64,000 nt of DNA from Candidatus Enterousia sp. (GCA_045648925.1 JAZROY010000004.1:74913-138912), one strand, 5' to 3'; positions 1-9,100 are shown, counted from the stretch's first letter. The notes: generated by a model from the sequence alone, not told the origin. Program-made: numbers and translations.

Positions 1-1
1 T

Positions 2-97
2 GATGAAATCGGAACATTTGTTTTGGGACTTTATAAAAATCAACGCAATGCAACAGATAGAATTTATATTCCGACCACAGATATAGTCAGTTATTAA
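2..97 (+). CDS. 3' end (31 codons) of a gene running in from the window edge; product unknown
   Basis: Open frame from the window edge to TAA at 95-97 (..DEIGTFVLGLYKNQRNATDRIYIPTTDIVSY*). No recognisable motif. Confidence 0.2.
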   Translation, partial: DEIGTFVLGLYKNQRNATDRIYIPTTDIVSY

Positions 98-106
98 AAT
101 ACCAAT

Positions 107-433
107 TTAATGTCCATGCGCAAAAACATGTAATACGATACTGATAATAAAAACGATTGTTATAACAGATAAAATAATTTTCTGTGTTTTATGAGATTTT
201 TCTTCTTCACATTCTGCGCAAGGGCAATCACGCAATACCAAAACCCAAGATAAAACCAACATCAATGCAGAAAACACAAATATCCAGGGTTCTATCCATT
301 CTGGTATAAAAGATGTGTGTGCTATTTCTGGCGCGAACAAACCAATCAAAGATAATACAATCGGCAACACACAACAAAACAAGTGTGGCAAAAGTGATGC
401 AATTATCCCAATTTTTACGGCACGATTTTTCAT
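107..433 (-). CDS. MerT-like heavy-metal transport membrane protein (3 TM)
   Basis: 108 aa with three hydrophobic segments. TM1 has the vicinal Cys pair (LPHLFCCVLPIVLSLIGL, compare MerT SACCLGPLVLIALG). The cytoplasmic loop has a Cys cluster (DCPCAECEEE). No merP or merA adjacent. Confidence 0.5.
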   Translation of the reverse strand: MKNRAVKIGIIASLLPHLFCCVLPIVLSLIGLFAPEIAHTSFIPEWIEPWIFVFSALMLVLSWVLVLRDCPCAECEEEKSHKTQKIILSVITIVFIISIVLHVFAHGH

Positions 434-456
434 TTATGTTTGTCCTTTGATTTTAG

Positions 457-574
457 TGTGCGCTTTGCGCGCAATAACGAAAACCACCTTTTGTGCTTTC
501 CGTCCGCCTTCGCCCGATGGGCTACGGTGGACACTCGATTTTCTTAATTGTGCGCTTTGCGCGCAATAACGAAA
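457..574. repeat. Two direct copies of a 26-bp repeat gtgcgctttgcgcgcaataacgaaaa (457-482 and 549-574), each with an internal dyad tgcgc-N5-gcgca
   Basis: Exact 26/26 direct repeat seen in the sequence. It lies between the 3' end of tRNA-Arg and the merT-like start. Confidence 0.7.
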
Positions 575-579
575 ATCGG

Positions 580-655
580 TGGCGTCCCCAGCAGAATTCG
601 AATCTGCATCTAATCCTTAGGAGGGATTTGTTCTATCCTGTTGAACTATGAGGAC
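580..655 (-). tRNA. tRNA-Arg (anticodon CCT), CCA encoded
   Basis: Manual fold. Acceptor stem GTCCTCA/TGGGGAC (one G-U pair), D-arm GTTC-AACAGGATA-GAAC, anticodon stem AATCC/GGATT with loop CTCCTAA (U33-CCT-A37), T-arm GCAGA-TTCGAAT-TCTGC, discriminator G, then CCA. Confidence 0.85.
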
Positions 656-747
656 ACGAACCAGATTCTACAACAATAAAAAAATAAATCAATATTTAGT
701 AATTGCAATATCTAAAACCTTTTGTATAATATGAATCAAAGGATTTT

Positions 748-1038
748 ATGATGGCAACAATAACCCGCCTTGATTTGGCAAATGCAATTAAAAACCGTTT
801 TGGTTTGACGGTTGCGGATTCGTATAAAATGATAGATATTATTTTCGATGAAATCGAACAATCTTTGGTTAACGGCGAAGATGTTAAAATAGCTGGTTTC
901 GGAACATTTAAAATATTGTCTAAATCTGCGCGTATTGGTCGCAATCCAAAAACCGGAATTCCTGCGGTAATATCTGCGCGCCGTGTCGCATCTTTCCGCC
1001 CAAGTGCAGAATTTCGTAAAACCGTTTCCGGAAAATAA
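748..1038 (+). CDS. ihfA: Integration host factor alpha subunit (HU/IHF family DNA-binding protein)
   Basis: 96 aa with GFGTF...RIGRNPKTGIPAVISARRVASFRP, the beta-arm signature of IHF/HU. The N-terminus resembles the alpha subunit. Likely start is the second ATG at 751 (Shine-Dalgarno spacing). Confidence 0.85.
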   Translation: MMATITRLDLANAIKNRFGLTVADSYKMIDIIFDEIEQSLVNGEDVKIAGFGTFKILSKSARIGRNPKTGIPAVISARRVASFRPSAEFRKTVSGK

Positions 1039-1087
1039 TACCCACCTTTAGCTAGGATAAAAATTTTATCCCGCGATGAAATTAAAT

Positions 1088-1218
1088 ATTCCCCGCCCGG
1101 GGCGGGGTGGATTGCTGGAACGACAGAGACAGCAAGACGGGGAGGGTTGAAAATTCATGGTTTGTTTTTTCACAACCCTCCCCACCGCAAGCGGTCCCCC
1201 CCGCCCCAGGCGGGGAAT
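1088..1218. repeat. GC-rich composite palindromic element (three nested or adjacent hairpins), REP/RPE-like
   Basis: ccccgcccggggcgggg (1091-1107), ggggagggttg...caaccctcccc (1139-1183), ccccgccccaggcgggg (1199-1215), flanked by aatatt/aattt. Near-identical modules occur at 15511-15531 and 32674-32765. Confidence 0.65.
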
Positions 1219-1577
1219 TTATAATGCAGCAAGAATAATAATACGCATACGTTCCCATACATATTTTGCATAAAATTTGATAATTATAATTTTACCGTTG
1301 ATAAACGATGTTTTTTGTGATACCATAAGAATTGAATCCAAGAGATTGGGTTCGGGGCTGTAGAAAGCCCAGCATATTCGGTGCGAAAGCATCGTTAAAA
1401 TGATGTATTCGGTGTCTTTTGCACCGTTATCATCCCCGATGTTAGTCGGGGGGCCGTTGGTTATAAAATACGGGCGACCGAAAAACCGCGGAATCAATAA
1501 TATGCTGATTTTCTAACTCCCCGACTGCCTTTTCTTGGTGGTCAATTTTTTTTATAAGAAGAAAAAGGAGAAAAACA

Positions 1578-1958
1578 ATGAAAAAAACTTTTTTAATTGC
1601 GGGCCTGATTGCTGGTCTAACTGCAACAAATGGATATGCCGTACAGTCACAAACCGTTGTGGTTACATTTGTGTGTCCACCAGGATGTGAGCTTTATACT
1701 AGTATGAGTACTTCTGGTTACACTTATGCTAGGTGTGATTGTGGTAAGTTTGATACAGATCCTGAAGTCGTAATTCAAGATACTCAACCTTCGCCAAGTG
1801 AAATACAGAACATAATGGGTCAAAGTGCTTTAAATCAGGCGGCCATCAAAGACGCAAAGAAAATGAAAACGACTTCTGCACGTGTAGCAACTATATCACC
1901 AAAGGTGGTAAAAAAGGTTGTTTATGAAGAAATCGTTAAAGATAACGATGCGGAATAA
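1578..1958 (+). CDS. Small secreted Cys-containing protein, paralog A (unknown function)
   Basis: Signal peptide MKKTFLIAGLIAGLTATNGYA. Shares CPxGCEL, C..DPEVVI and a C-terminal SAR...VKKVVYEE motif with the ORF immediately downstream. Strong Shine-Dalgarno (aaaaaggagaaaaacaATG). Confidence 0.6.
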   Translation: MKKTFLIAGLIAGLTATNGYAVQSQTVVVTFVCPPGCELYTSMSTSGYTYARCDCGKFDTDPEVVIQDTQPSPSEIQNIMGQSALNQAAIKDAKKMKTTSARVATISPKVVKKVVYEEIVKDNDAE

Positions 1959-1992
1959 TTTAAATGAATTTAATAAAACAAAAGGATGACAA

Positions 1993-2340
1993 ATGAAAAA
2001 AGTATTTTTAATTTTGGGAATGGTGGGTGGTTTATCTGCGAATAATGCTAATGCAACTCAATCTCAGGCGATAGTAGATTATATTTGTCCAGATGGATGT
2101 GAACTTCATTTTTCTTACAATGGTAGTTCTGTCCATGCCAGTTGTGCAAAGCCAAGTGGCGAAGCCTGTGCAGATCCAGAAGTAGTTATAAGCTCTATTG
2201 CACCAAATGTTAATCAACCAATGTCAGAAATAAACAAAGTAAAAGCAAAGAAAAAAACTGTTTCTGCACGTAGCGCGGAAACACCGCGTATGGTAAAAAA
2301 GATTGTTTATGAACAGGTTGTCGAAGAAGACGAAGAATAA
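1993..2340 (+). CDS. Small secreted Cys-containing protein, paralog B (tandem duplicate of 1578-1958)
   Basis: Signal peptide MKKVFLILGMVGGLSANNANA. Same Cys framework as paralog A and an acidic C-terminus. Followed by a terminator. Confidence 0.6.
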   Translation: MKKVFLILGMVGGLSANNANATQSQAIVDYICPDGCELHFSYNGSSVHASCAKPSGEACADPEVVISSIAPNVNQPMSEINKVKAKKKTVSARSAETPRMVKKIVYEQVVEEDEE

Positions 2341-2351
2341 CAAAAACAAAA

Positions 2352-2380
2352 GCCCGGATTTTATTCCGGGTTTTTATTTT
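2352..2380 (+). terminator. Rho-independent terminator
   Basis: cccgga-ttttat-tccggg followed by a T-run. Confidence 0.7.
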
Positions 2381-2492
2381 TCTTTATACTTTATGGTTTG
2401 TAAATTCACAAACCTTGAAGTTTTAACTTGATTTTTGTTTCTTTTTACTTTATAGTTGTAAAAAATATAAACCTTAAAGTAAAAGGTAAAAA

Positions 2493-3377
2493 ATGAACGA
2501 ATTATTAAAAGACATTTTAAAAAACAAAGCCGCGTTATCTAAATTATTAAAAAACAAAGATAACCGGGATGTTTTGTATAACTGGCTGAAAACAGAATTG
2601 GCATATACTTCCAATGCTATCGAAGGCAACACATTAACCCGTCGTGAAACTACATTGGCGATAAACGAAAATATCACCAGCGGTTCAAAACCGATTTCGC
2701 ATTATGTTGAGGCAACAAATCATGCCAAGGCATTTGAGTTGGTTATGGAATTGTCCAAAAAGAAACATATAACAGACAACCGGGATATTTTACAAATTCA
2801 TAAATGTATATTGTCTGGTTTGGATGATGCTAATGCTGGATGTTTCAGACGGGTTTCTGTCCGACTTTCTGGTTCAAGGACGGTGTTACCAAATCCGATT
2901 AAGGTTCCCGACCTTATGGAACAATTCAACCATTGGTTGATAAGTACAGATGAAAACACATTATTCAAAGCGATAAATGCTCACTATCGATTGGTTACAA
3001 TTCATCCGTTCAAAGATGGTAATGGCAGAACGGCACGATTGCTGATGAACCTTATACTGATGCAAAATGGTTTTACACCAACAATCATCAGAAAAATTGA
3101 CCGTAAACGTTATCTGGATGCATTGGAAAAATACCAGACCACGGGCAATGCTGATTCTTATAACCGTTTTATGTTGTCTGCGTTGAATCGTTCTTTGAAA
3201 ATGGCGCTGGATATACTTGATACGAATAAACCAGATACAAAGTTAGTCACTATATCAAAATATGCAAAGATAAAAGGTGTTCCAACATCAACGATTCGTT
3301 ACTGGGTGCAATCTGGCAAGATAAAGCCAACAACATACACAGATGCTGGTTATATGATGTTCGACCCAAACAATTAA
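2493..3377 (+). CDS. Fic-family AMPylase (class II, intramolecular inhibitory helix) with C-terminal HTH domain
   Basis: Fic motif HPFKDGNGRTARLL. N-terminal inhibitory motif TSNAIEGN ((S/T)xxxE(G/N)). C-terminal LVTISKYAKIKGVPTSTIRYWVQSGKI resembles a MerR/excisionase-type HTH. Confidence 0.85.
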   Translation: MNELLKDILKNKAALSKLLKNKDNRDVLYNWLKTELAYTSNAIEGNTLTRRETTLAINENITSGSKPISHYVEATNHAKAFELVMELSKKKHITDNRDILQIHKCILSGLDDANAGCFRRVSVRLSGSRTVLPNPIKVPDLMEQFNHWLISTDENTLFKAINAHYRLVTIHPFKDGNGRTARLLMNLILMQNGFTPTIIRKIDRKRYLDALEKYQTTGNADSYNRFMLSALNRSLKMALDILDTNKPDTKLVTISKYAKIKGVPTSTIRYWVQSGKIKPTTYTDAGYMMFDPNN

Positions 3378-3403
3378 AAAACCGCCGTTTCGGCGGTTTT
3401 TTT
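3376..3403. terminator. Bidirectional rho-independent terminator shared by the fic gene and the convergent M13 peptidase gene
   Basis: aaaaaaccgccgtttcggcggttttttt. Confidence 0.75.
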
Positions 3404-3404
3404 A

Positions 3405-5387
3405 TTACCATAATTTCACGCGTTTTTCGGGGGCGATGTATAACTTATCATTTGGCTTTATATCGTAAACATCATACCATGCCTCTACATGTGGCAAGAT
3501 TCCATTTACGCGCCAACGCGATAATGAATGTTCATCAACCTTTGTTCTGCGCAAGATTTCTTCATCGCGAATATTGCCTGCTTCGGTCATAGCATACGCA
3601 ACAAAAAATCTTTGGTCACTTGTTAAACCGATTGCATCTTCGCTTTTTTCACCATATTTTTTATACGCGTCAAATGCGATTGTTATTCCGCCATAATCTG
3701 CCAGATTTTCACCCAATGTAAATTCACCATTTGCATGTGTATCTGGGGCAACCAAAATATTATTAAAATGATTCTTCATTAAATTAGTGCGTTCTTCAAA
3801 AAGTTTCGCATCAGTTTCTGTCCACCAATCTTTCATATTACCCGCGCTGTCAAAATGTCTTCCCTGGTCATCAAAGCCGTGTGTCATTTCATGTCCAATC
3901 ACAGAACCAATCGCACCGTAATTAAATGCGTCATCAGATTCCATATCAAAAAATGGATACTGTAAAATTCCAGCCGGAAAACAAATTTCATTTGTTGATG
4001 GGTCGTAATATGCGTTAACTTCGTGTGCATTCATATACCATATGGTTGGGTCTTTTTCCTTACCAACCTTATCCAACCAGAACGCATCTTCAAATTCAGA
4101 AACGCGCATCATATTTTCATAAAGCGAATCGTTTTTAATTTCCAGTTTTGAATAATCGCGCCATTTATCTGGGTATCCGATTTTCGCATGAAAAGTATTT
4201 AATTTTTTAAGCGCTTGTTTTTTTGTATCATCACTCATCCAAGTTAAATTATTAATTCGTGATTCATATGCGCGCTGTAAATTTTTTACCAGATTTTCCA
4301 TACGCTTTTTTGCTTCCTTTGGAAAATATTTTTTTACATAAATTTGACCGACCATTTCACCAAGTGAGCCATCAATCATACCAACCGCCCTTTTCCAACG
4401 CGGTTTCTTTTCTTTTTGTCCGGACATTTCGCGATTATAAAAATCAAATGCGATACCATATGTTTTATCATCTAAAAATGAAGTTGCTCCATTTACAATT
4501 TTATATTTCAAATATGTTTTTATTAAATTCAAATCCGAATCATTTATAATTGCAATCGATTCCGCAATCGGTTCAATTTGCGCAACATTTATAAATTCTG
4601 GCTTTGCCCCACGCGCATCAAAATATGTATCCCAATCAAAACCGGATAATTCTTTCTTTAATTCCGCGTAAGATTTTTTGTGATAATTCGCCAATGGGTC
4701 ACGCAGTTTTTCTTTTTTATAAAAAGATTTTGCCATTCTTTCTTCAAGTGCATATAATTTTTCCGCATCAACATTGATGCCAAAATTATTCATTATGTCT
4801 TTGATATATTTTTTATATTGTTTTCTGATTAGTTTTGATTTTGCATCATCATCGAAATAATAATCTCTGCTTAAACCAATACCACCTTGTCCTATATTAT
4901 AAAGATAATGTTCGCTGTCCATTTCGTCCAACCCAACACCATCGCCCCAAAAGGCAGAAGAGAAACGATGCATTTTTCCCAAATATTTTGGCAAATCATT
5001 TTTTGTTTTTATGTTATCTATTTCATCAATATATTTTTGAACAGGTTTTGTTTTATCCGCGTTTAATTTTTCTTCGTCCATCGCAATTTTATAAAGCATG
5101 CCTATTTTACCATTATCGTTTTCTACAATATCACGAACGCGTTTATTATTGTCTTCAATTAATACTTCAAACGAACCGAATCGTGTATAATCGTTTGGAA
5201 GTGGATTATTGTTGCGCCAACCAATTGTTGCAAAATCATAAAAATCTTTTCCTGGATTAACACCGATGTCCATATTTTCAATTTTAATTCCAACCTGCAT
5301 AATTTTCTCCTTTTTAATAAACACAGCAATCAATACCGCAATACACACGGCAACTATTCCAATTAAGTTTAAAAATTTATTTTTCAT
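3405..5387 (-). CDS. M13-family zinc metallopeptidase (neprilysin/PepO-like), N-terminal membrane anchor
   Basis: HExxH (VIGHEMTHGFDD), GENLADYGG (ExxxD), NAYY. N-terminal TM segment. 660 aa. Confidence 0.9.
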   Translation of the reverse strand: MKNKFLNLIGIVAVCIAVLIAVFIKKEKIMQVGIKIENMDIGVNPGKDFYDFATIGWRNNNPLPNDYTRFGSFEVLIEDNNKRVRDIVENDNGKIGMLYKIAMDEEKLNADKTKPVQKYIDEIDNIKTKNDLPKYLGKMHRFSSAFWGDGVGLDEMDSEHYLYNIGQGGIGLSRDYYFDDDAKSKLIRKQYKKYIKDIMNNFGINVDAEKLYALEERMAKSFYKKEKLRDPLANYHKKSYAELKKELSGFDWDTYFDARGAKPEFINVAQIEPIAESIAIINDSDLNLIKTYLKYKIVNGATSFLDDKTYGIAFDFYNREMSGQKEKKPRWKRAVGMIDGSLGEMVGQIYVKKYFPKEAKKRMENLVKNLQRAYESRINNLTWMSDDTKKQALKKLNTFHAKIGYPDKWRDYSKLEIKNDSLYENMMRVSEFEDAFWLDKVGKEKDPTIWYMNAHEVNAYYDPSTNEICFPAGILQYPFFDMESDDAFNYGAIGSVIGHEMTHGFDDQGRHFDSAGNMKDWWTETDAKLFEERTNLMKNHFNNILVAPDTHANGEFTLGENLADYGGITIAFDAYKKYGEKSEDAIGLTSDQRFFVAYAMTEAGNIRDEEILRRTKVDEHSLSRWRVNGILPHVEAWYDVYDIKPNDKLYIAPEKRVKLW

Positions 5388-6439
5388 TTTATCAAATCCG
5401 TTATTATATCATCTAATACTAATAACCCACGCGTGGTAGTATGCAAATATTCAGAATTTAATTCAACCAAATCTTTGTGCAATTCCACCCAATCAAAATT
5501 TATTTGATTTTTAACATCATCTGTTAATTTTACCCCACTCATTGTCCGCATGCCTGTTAAGATTTTTTCTGTTGAGCGCGTTTCATTACTGATTGGTTTA
5601 AATAATTCATTTGCACCCTTTTGTTCATACCAAACATTATCAATGAAAACACGCCCCGCTGCACCGCGTCCAATGCCGATATAAGGCTCCCCATCCCATA
5701 CATTTTGATTATGTCTACATTCTTGTCTCGAAACCGCATAATTCGAAACTTCGTATCGTGGCAAAGACAAATGTTCACCAATCACCATATACATATCTGC
5801 CATTGTTTCATTGTCTGGCATTTTCAGATTCATTTTTCCAAACGGAGTATTTGATTCAATTGTCAATTCATATAACGACACATGTTTTAATTCCAATTTA
5901 TTTATGTCTTTACACAAATCAATCACAGATTGTGCATTCTGATTCGGCAGACCATAAATAAAATCAGCCGAAACACGCAAATTCATATTTTGTGCTAGTG
6001 TTAATAAATTCAATGCTTGTTTAACATTGTGTCGGCGACCCAAAAATTTTAATTCCGTGTCATTTAATGATTGCACACCGACAGACAAACGATTTACACC
6101 ATTTGATACAAATTCAGATAATTTGTCTTTATCAATTGTTCCTGGATTGGATTCCAAAGTGATTTCACAATTTTCTTTAATACAAAAACACTCACGAACA
6201 CAATTCATTATTTGTTCAAAAACATTAACCGGCATCAAGGATGGTGTCCCGCCACCAAAAAACACTGTCGGGACATTTACTTTGCCCAACTTTCCAGACC
6301 AAAATTTTAATTCGCTACATATACCATTTGCGTATTTTTTCCAATCTGGATTTGCACACGCAGTCGAATAAAAAGCGCAATAATTGCATTTAGACATGCA
6401 AAAAGGGACATGTATATAAATATTGTGTGAAAAAGCCAT
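5384..6439 (-). CDS. hemW: Radical-SAM heme chaperone HemW (HemN-like)
   Basis: CxxxCxxC (CMSKCNYCAF) near the N-terminus, YIHVPFC, about 350 aa. 4-bp overlap with the downstream peptidase gene. Confidence 0.85.
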   Translation of the reverse strand: MAFSHNIYIHVPFCMSKCNYCAFYSTACANPDWKKYANGICSELKFWSGKLGKVNVPTVFFGGGTPSLMPVNVFEQIMNCVRECFCIKENCEITLESNPGTIDKDKLSEFVSNGVNRLSVGVQSLNDTELKFLGRRHNVKQALNLLTLAQNMNLRVSADFIYGLPNQNAQSVIDLCKDINKLELKHVSLYELTIESNTPFGKMNLKMPDNETMADMYMVIGEHLSLPRYEVSNYAVSRQECRHNQNVWDGEPYIGIGRGAAGRVFIDNVWYEQKGANELFKPISNETRSTEKILTGMRTMSGVKLTDDVKNQINFDWVELHKDLVELNSEYLHTTTRGLLVLDDIITDLIK

Positions 6440-6534
6440 AGAAGGAATAGTAATTATAAAAAAATGAAATTCAATCTAAATTAATGCTTTACTTAAAAAT
6501 ACTTTTTATACTATAATGGTTCCAAGAAAGAAAT

Positions 6535-8040
6535 ATGAAAAGGAATTTTTTAGCTTTTTTACTTGCATTTGTGCCGTCTTTCGCTTGCGCTGCATCGAAT
6601 GAGGGTGTGCCTGCGTATTATGCTGACCCTGGTCGTCCAAACGCGAATAAAATCGGTTATGGCAAATATCAAGATTATGGATATACGGGATATGTTGGAA
6701 CTTCTGGTAAAAAACAGGTTATTGGAACACGTCAATATTCTTACCAAGTGCCGCGTCAACAAACAACTTATACTTATGATGTGAAACAATATGATGTGCG
6801 CGGGACACAGACAACAAATGGTATCGCGAAACCTACAGATGAACATAATACGAATATCTATGCCAGATACGGGGTTCGGTTCGCAGATTTTGAATTTAAA
6901 ACCGGTGTTAATTCTGTTCTTGAATGGGACGATATGTGGTTTCACGAATTTAATGTCGGATTAAAACATATATTTGATGTGCGCGGTTTTGATTTGGCTG
7001 TTTATGGCGATTATACTTATGGTTCCATGTTTGCGGGTGGTATGTCTATGGACTATGATTTGGAACCATATGATTATTCTATACCTACCGAAGGGATATT
7101 TACTATTTCCATGGGCGACCAAACTGGTTATACCAACAAATTAAAACTTGGTGTATCTGCGCATCATATTTGGAATTTGGGTGGCTGGAAAATCAGCCCG
7201 CATATTGGATACGAAATATTCAAACACAATTTAAAGATGTCTAATCATCTGTATCCAAATCCTGGGGTATATCTGCCTTTGATGACCAGTTCCGGCGATT
7301 ATGTATTTGGGGACACATTGGGTAATTATTATGCTGTTCCAACGGATGTATATGTTTCTGATGATTCCGAATTGCGCCAGGTTTGTATGGGTCCCGAAGA
7401 TATCAAGGTTGTATTGGCACCTTCTGGCGGAACAGCTATTGATGGTGTTTTATATCCATTGGGAACATCTTTGACAACTGTTGATTATTCTTCCAGTATG
7501 GGCAATTTACCGTGGGGTGTGGTCGAAGGTGACTGTGTTGTTATCGGTGGTGACGGCGCAATCACTGTAGAAGGAACGACCCATATTTATAATACTACGT
7601 GGAGTGGTTTCTATCTTGGACTGGAAGTGGAAAAACAAATGACTTTGTCTGATAAACTTCGTTTTTATGCCCAGGTCAGCATGCCAAAGTATTCATCCAA
7701 AGGAACATGGCCTAATCGTGACGATTGGCAACAAAACCCCAGTTTCTTGGACGAAGGCGACAATGGTGCTTTTGCCTATGAAGCGGAAATAGAATATTCC
7801 TATCAATTGTCAGACCGCATGCAAATATCGTTAAAGGCGGATACAAATTATTTCCACGTTGGAAAAATTTCTGGTGAATTGTATGTTGCTAAATCTGTTG
7901 TGTATTACGAAGATGAATTGAACCCAGGGAACTGGTACGCAGAAGAAATACCTGCGTATACGGAACATGTAAACGAAGCATTAAAGGAAGCAAATTGGCG
8001 TTCGTTTGGTTTGCACCTTGGGTTGACATATTCGTTTTAA
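6535..8040 (+). CDS. Secreted protein, probable outer-membrane beta-barrel (unknown family)
   Basis: Signal peptide MKRNFLAFLLAFVPSFACA. Rich in Tyr/Gly/Thr. C-terminus ...FGLHLGLTYSF ends in Phe, typical of OM beta-barrels. Confidence 0.5.
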   Translation: MKRNFLAFLLAFVPSFACAASNEGVPAYYADPGRPNANKIGYGKYQDYGYTGYVGTSGKKQVIGTRQYSYQVPRQQTTYTYDVKQYDVRGTQTTNGIAKPTDEHNTNIYARYGVRFADFEFKTGVNSVLEWDDMWFHEFNVGLKHIFDVRGFDLAVYGDYTYGSMFAGGMSMDYDLEPYDYSIPTEGIFTISMGDQTGYTNKLKLGVSAHHIWNLGGWKISPHIGYEIFKHNLKMSNHLYPNPGVYLPLMTSSGDYVFGDTLGNYYAVPTDVYVSDDSELRQVCMGPEDIKVVLAPSGGTAIDGVLYPLGTSLTTVDYSSSMGNLPWGVVEGDCVVIGGDGAITVEGTTHIYNTTWSGFYLGLEVEKQMTLSDKLRFYAQVSMPKYSSKGTWPNRDDWQQNPSFLDEGDNGAFAYEAEIEYSYQLSDRMQISLKADTNYFHVGKISGELYVAKSVVYYEDELNPGNWYAEEIPAYTEHVNEALKEANWRSFGLHLGLTYSF

Positions 8041-8044
8041 ATAA

Positions 8045-9100
8045 ATGTGGGGTAATATGAAATATAAATTGCCTGTATTTTGTGGGTTATTTTTTTTATC
8101 TGTTGTAACTGCGACTTTTGCAGAACGCGGTTCTTTTGATTTGGATAGATGGGAAAAAGTTATGCAAGATATTCGCACCAAGGCAACCGCGGAAAACATA
8201 GATAAATCTGTTATTGATGCAACATTAAAATCACCTGTGTTTATTCCTGGAATTGTAAAATCAGACAGAAATCAGTCCGAATTTAAATTGACACTGGAAC
8301 AATATTTAAATCGCACGGTAAGTGATGCCCGCGTAAGTAACGGAAAGAAGCAACGCGCAACATATCCAACATTGCTATCAAATGTTGAAAACAAATTTGG
8401 TATTCCACGCAATGTGACATTGGCTTTTTGGGGAATGGAATCTAATTATGGAGAGGTTAAATCCAAATATCAATTAACCAATGCGTTTATAACTTTGATT
8501 TACGAAGGGCGGCGCGAAGAATTCTTTTCAAAACAATTAATCGCGTTGATGAAAATCGCAGACAAAAACAAATTATCAATAAATAATATTTATGGTTCTT
8601 GGGCGGGCGCAATGGGACATTTTCAATTTATACCAACAACCTTGGCGCAATATGGTATGGACGGTAACAATGATGGACGCGTTGATATTATTCACAGTGT
8701 TGGTGATGCGATGTATAGTGCCGGAAATTATTTGAACAAATTGGGATGGAACCAAGACGAACCAATTGTTCATCGTGTTATTTTGCCGGCTGATTTCGAC
8801 AGGGATTTAATGGGTGGCGATGCAAAGAAAACCTTTACAGAATGGGCAAAACTGGGTGTGATGAATATGGACGGAACACCGGTGGATGCAAATGATACAG
8901 TTGTTGGTTTGGTTGCAGATGTAAAGAATATTGATAAAATGTTGGAAGCCCAAGCAGATGAAAACCTGGATTCAGATGTTGCGCCAGCCCCTGTGATAAA
9001 GGCATATTTAACATACCCTAATTTTTACAGAATAAAAAAATGGAACAATTCATCTTGGTATGCAATTGCAATTGCCGAGTTGTCTGATAAATTAAAGTAA
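8045..9100 (+). CDS. Lytic murein transglycosylase, MltB/Slt35 family
   Basis: WGMESNYG and GAMGHFQFIPTTLAQYGMDGNNDGRVDI match the MltB signature region. Signal peptide starts at the second ATG (8057). Confidence 0.8.
   Translation: MWGNMKYKLPVFCGLFFLSVVTATFAERGSFDLDRWEKVMQDIRTKATAENIDKSVIDATLKSPVFIPGIVKSDRNQSEFKLTLEQYLNRTVSDARVSNGKKQRATYPTLLSNVENKFGIPRNVTLAFWGMESNYGEVKSKYQLTNAFITLIYEGRREEFFSKQLIALMKIADKNKLSINNIYGSWAGAMGHFQFIPTTLAQYGMDGNNDGRVDIIHSVGDAMYSAGNYLNKLGWNQDEPIVHRVILPADFDRDLMGGDAKKTFTEWAKLGVMNMDGTPVDANDTVVGLVADVKNIDKMLEAQADENLDSDVAPAPVIKAYLTYPNFYRIKKWNNSSWYAIAIAELSDKLK

Noticed and set aside
107-600. A complete mer operon (merR-merT-merP-merA) around the MerT-like gene
   Set aside because: No MerP, MerA or MerR ORFs are present. 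Only the MerT-like membrane protein was recognised, and it is flanked by tRNA-Arg and a convergent gene end.
1219-1497. 92-aa minus-strand ORF
   Set aside because: No Shine-Dalgarno and no recognisable motif. The region is more plausibly non-coding leader or sRNA.
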